This document shows positions 40,989 to 43,958 of a DNA stretch of 43,958 nucleotides, one piece after another. The position numbers were made by a program, and so were the translations under genes. Position 1 is the first letter of the stretch; every line of letters starts with the position of its first letter. A model generated the notes under the pieces. The model ran no database searches. It was given only the letters and a program-made list of their open reading frames with translations, and was not told where the DNA came from. Source of the DNA: Clostridia bacterium (GTDB taxonomy: Bacteria; Bacillota; Clostridia; Christensenellales; UBA1242); the NCBI GenBank assembly GCA_046882085.1, contig JBKSNA010000033.1, positions 1-43,958 on the forward strand, given 5' to 3'.

Positions 40989-41327
40989 ATGTATTTAACA
41001 CCAGATGAAATGTGTTCTATAAATTCAGCATCTGCTGGAACTGAACTTTTTAAAAAGAAAGAACAAGAACAAAGAGAAAAACAGTTATTAATAAACAATT
41101 CAAATAAACAAGTTGAATTACTGCAAGGACAGATTAATATTTTAAAGCAGCAATTAGAAGAAGTAAAAGAAGAGAAAAATAAAATAAACGAATTATATGA
41201 ATTAAAAAATAAAGAATTAGAAGATAGTAGAAAAGAACTAAAGAAAAGCAAGGTATACAATACGGTAATGTTGGGAATTGCAATCGCTTCATTAGTTGCA
41301 ACTATTTTAATTGGAATATTTTTATAG
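40989..41327 (+). CDS. tail-anchored coiled-coil protein (112 aa)
   Basis: Heptad-rich LLQGQINILKQQLEEVKEEKNKINELYELKNKELEDSRKELKK, then the C-terminal TM MLGIAIASLVATILIGIFL. Confidence 0.6.
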   Translation: MYLTPDEMCSINSASAGTELFKKKEQEQREKQLLINNSNKQVELLQGQINILKQQLEEVKEEKNKINELYELKNKELEDSRKELKKSKVYNTVMLGIAIASLVATILIGIFL

Positions 41328-41346
41328 AATAAGTTAGGAGGAATAT

Positions 41347-43818
41347 ATGGCTGTTAAGAAAAGTGAGTTATACAGCAAATTATGGGCGAGTTGTGATGAG
41401 TTAAGGGGCGGAATGGACGCTTCTCAATATAAAGACTATGTTTTAACATTACTATTTGTAAAATATGTTAGTGATAAATTTAAAGGACAACCATTTGCAG
41501 ATATTGAGATTCCAGAAGGTGCAAGTTTTGATGATATGGTAGCTCTGAAAAGAGATGCACACCTTGGCGAAGAAATGGATAAGATTATTGCTAAACTAGC
41601 AGAATCTAACAATTTAAGAAATGTTATTGATAATGCAAAATTTAACGATGAAGAAAAAATGGGCAAGGGAGAAGAAAAAAGAGATAGATTATCTAATCTT
41701 ATCGATATTTTTGATAATCCAGATTTAAATTTTAAAGACAATAGAACTGATGGTGACGATATCATTGGCGATGCTTATGAATACCTTATGAAGAACTTTG
41801 CTAAAGACTCTGGTAAAAGCAAAGGGCAATTCTACACCCCTGCAGAAGTATCTAGAATTTTAGCAAAAATTATTGGAATAAAAAATGCTAAAAGTTCTGA
41901 TACGCTATATGACTGTGCATGTGGTAGTGGATCGCTACTTATCAAAGCAGCAAGTGAATGTGATAATAAGGTTACTATATATGGACAAGAAAAAGATGGT
42001 GCAACAGCTGGTATGGCAAAGATGAATATGGTGTTGCATAATCTTTCTACTGCAACAATTCATAAAGATAATACAATGGCAGCACCTTTCTTTAAAGAGC
42101 AAGATAGCAAAGGAAATAATATTGATAATAAACTTAAACAATTTAATTATATTGTTGCAAATCCACCTTTTTCTCTTAAGAATTGGAAGAATGGTGTTGA
42201 TACTGAAAAATATGGCATATATCAAGGTTATAGTACCCCACCAGAAAAATGTGGTGACTATGCTTGGCTTTTACATTGTATAAAATCTTTGAAACAAACA
42301 GGTACAGGTGCCATTATCCTTCCACATGGTGTTTTATTTAGAGGAAATGCAGAAGCAGAAATCAGAAAAGAAATTATTGATAGAGGTTTAATTAAGGCAA
42401 TAATTGGTTTGCCAGCAAATTTATTCTTTGGAACTGGAATTCCTGCTTGTATTATAGTATTTGACAAAAAAGATGCTAATGAAAGAAAGGGCATTTTTAT
42501 GATAGATGCAAGTAAAGGATTTGTTAAAGATGGTCCAAAAAACAAATTAAGAGAACAAGACATTAAGAAGATTGTAGATGCTTATGAAGGACAATTAAAT
42601 CTCCCTAAATTTTCTAGATTTGTTGAAAATGAAGAAATTAAAGTTAAAAACGAGTACAACTTAAATATCCCAAGATATATTGATACATCTGAAGTTGAAG
42701 ATTTACAAAGTATTGAAGCTCATTTACATGGAGGAATCCCTATGGAAGATGTGGACTCTCTTAATAAATATTGGGAACAATTCTCTAATCTAAAAGAAAA
42801 GTTGTTTTCAAAATTAAGGGATGGTTTTTACAAATTAAATATCGATAAAGATGAAGTAAGAAAAACAATTTATAATGATGAACAATTTGCTTCTTATTCT
42901 AAAAAAGTTGATAAAGCATTTTCTAACTGGAAAGCTTTTGTTGATGAAAAATTAAGGGCAATGAATAAGAATGTTAAACCGAAAGAATTAATAATTGAAC
43001 TTTCCAACAAGTTAATTTCAGAATTTGAAACGGTTGAACTTATTGATAAATATGATGTTTATGAAGTTTTACTTGAGTATTGGCAAGAAGTAATGCTTGA
43101 CGATACTTCTTTGATTTGTTCGGATAATGGTTGGAATGAAGCAAAAGAAACAGAATTAGAATTTGCAAAACCTAAAAAGGCAAAAGAAGGCGAAGAAAAG
43201 AAACCTAAAAAAGAACCTAAAGTAACTGGCTGGCATGGTAAAATTATTAGCAGAGAGCTTCTTGCTAGTGTTTATTTTAGTGATGCAGTTTTAGCAATAG
43301 AAACTGCAAATAATGCCGTTGCAGAACAAGAAGGATTATTACAATCATTGATAGAAGAAAATAGTGATGATGATTCTATTTTTAATGAGTGTATGAACGA
43401 CAAAAATGAAGTTACAACAAAATTAGTTGAAACTAAATTTAAGGACCTTAAAAAACTTAATCAAATTGATGATGACTATAATCTTTTGAAACAATACATC
43501 GACATCAATGATGTTATTAAACAATTAAACAAAGATTTAAAAACTTTAAATGCTGGATTAGAAGAAGATTTAAAAAAGAAATACCCTACTTTAACTATTG
43601 AAGAAATTAAGGATATCCTTATCAATAAAAAATGGTTGAAAGTTGTTTATGAAGGTATAGATAACCTTTACACAACAATTTCTCATAACATTGCTAATCG
43701 AATTGTGGAATTAGTTGTAAGATATGAAAACACTCTTTCAGAAATAGAAAACAATGTTAATTCTTACGAAGCAAAAGTAAAAGAACATCTTAAAAGGATG
43801 GGATTTGAGTTATGTTAA
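41347..43818 (+). CDS. hsdM: type I restriction-modification methyltransferase subunit HsdM with a ~370-aa C-terminal extension
   Basis: HsdM_N pattern (LWASCDELRGGMDASQYKDYVLTLLFVKY), FYTP, DCACGSGSLL (motif I), NPPF (motif IV). The catalytic core ends near residue 450 of 823. RBS AGGAGG. Confidence 0.9.
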   Translation: MAVKKSELYSKLWASCDELRGGMDASQYKDYVLTLLFVKYVSDKFKGQPFADIEIPEGASFDDMVALKRDAHLGEEMDKIIAKLAESNNLRNVIDNAKFNDEEKMGKGEEKRDRLSNLIDIFDNPDLNFKDNRTDGDDIIGDAYEYLMKNFAKDSGKSKGQFYTPAEVSRILAKIIGIKNAKSSDTLYDCACGSGSLLIKAASECDNKVTIYGQEKDGATAGMAKMNMVLHNLSTATIHKDNTMAAPFFKEQDSKGNNIDNKLKQFNYIVANPPFSLKNWKNGVDTEKYGIYQGYSTPPEKCGDYAWLLHCIKSLKQTGTGAIILPHGVLFRGNAEAEIRKEIIDRGLIKAIIGLPANLFFGTGIPACIIVFDKKDANERKGIFMIDASKGFVKDGPKNKLREQDIKKIVDAYEGQLNLPKFSRFVENEEIKVKNEYNLNIPRYIDTSEVEDLQSIEAHLHGGIPMEDVDSLNKYWEQFSNLKEKLFSKLRDGFYKLNIDKDEVRKTIYNDEQFASYSKKVDKAFSNWKAFVDEKLRAMNKNVKPKELIIELSNKLISEFETVELIDKYDVYEVLLEYWQEVMLDDTSLICSDNGWNEAKETELEFAKPKKAKEGEEKKPKKEPKVTGWHGKIISRELLASVYFSDAVLAIETANNAVAEQEGLLQSLIEENSDDDSIFNECMNDKNEVTTKLVETKFKDLKKLNQIDDDYNLLKQYIDINDVIKQLNKDLKTLNAGLEEDLKKKYPTLTIEEIKDILINKKWLKVVYEGIDNLYTTISHNIANRIVELVVRYENTLSEIENNVNSYEAKVKEHLKRMGFELC

Positions 43819-43958
43819 AAAATTCGGAAATAGGATATATTCCTAATGAATGGAAATGCGAAAAATTGTTAACAAATGGAGAGATTCTTTCGGGATTGAC
43901 ATATGCACCACATAATATCGTAGATAATGGATTACTTGTGTTAAGATCTTCCAATATA
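43812..43958 (+). CDS. hsdS: type I R-M specificity subunit HsdS (N-terminal part, runs off the window)
   Basis: ATG 43812 overlaps the hsdM stop (ATGTTAA). MLKNSEIGYIPNEWKCEKL...GLLVLRSSNI is a typical HsdS N-terminus. Confidence 0.75.
   Translation, partial: MLKNSEIGYIPNEWKCEKLLTNGEILSGLTYAPHNIVDNGLLVLRSSNI

Larger units (their letters stand above)
38847..43958. mobile_element. putative integrated island (left end at the tRNA-Thr fragment, right end beyond the window) carrying the XRE/SLOG/GIY-YIG/type I R-M genes
   Basis: The orientation of the tRNA fragment puts its own terminator at lower coordinates, so the inserted DNA lies on the higher-coordinate side. The cargo is defence-type. 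Confidence 0.4.

Overview
Chromosomal segment from a low-GC, standard-code (TGA = stop) Bacillota-type genome. I cannot place the taxon more precisely. The sporulation-type cluster yabP-yabQ-divIC and near-consensus sigma-A promoters fit that placement. Recognisable housekeeping genes are a CMP-kinase-like gene, queH, alr, a YugP-type Zn-peptidase, an LtaS-family transferase, glyQS behind a minimal glycine T-box, galE, rplI, leuS and a GNAT. Between them lie unusual large genes: a 3498-aa lipoprotein with three GLUG beta-helix modules, an 837-aa membrane protein ending in nine AT-hook-like GRP repeats, and a 1856-aa protein with a central TM hairpin. There are two tRNA-linked island scars. One is an intact tRNA-Asn plus a displaced copy of its 3' end. 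The other is a 46-nt tRNA-Thr 3' fragment. The strongest candidates for an undescribed system are: (i) an orphan ~390-aa protein with two Rx4H (HEPN-type) motifs next to a P-loop kinase at the tRNA-Asn scar; (ii) an integrase-linked operon with a MuF-zinc-ribbon/DUF6883-like protein and three DUF4926-like modules; (iii) an XRE / SLOG-like / GIY-YIG-DUF4357-like / tail-anchored coiled-coil block upstream of a type I R-M locus with an elongated HsdM. Regulatory oddities include a leaderless Leu-rich leader peptide with a terminator in front of leuS instead of a T-box, several genes whose ATG sits 6-7 nt after the -10 box, and a duplicated SD/anti-SD arrangement before rplI. All family assignments come from motif recognition by eye and need profile searches.
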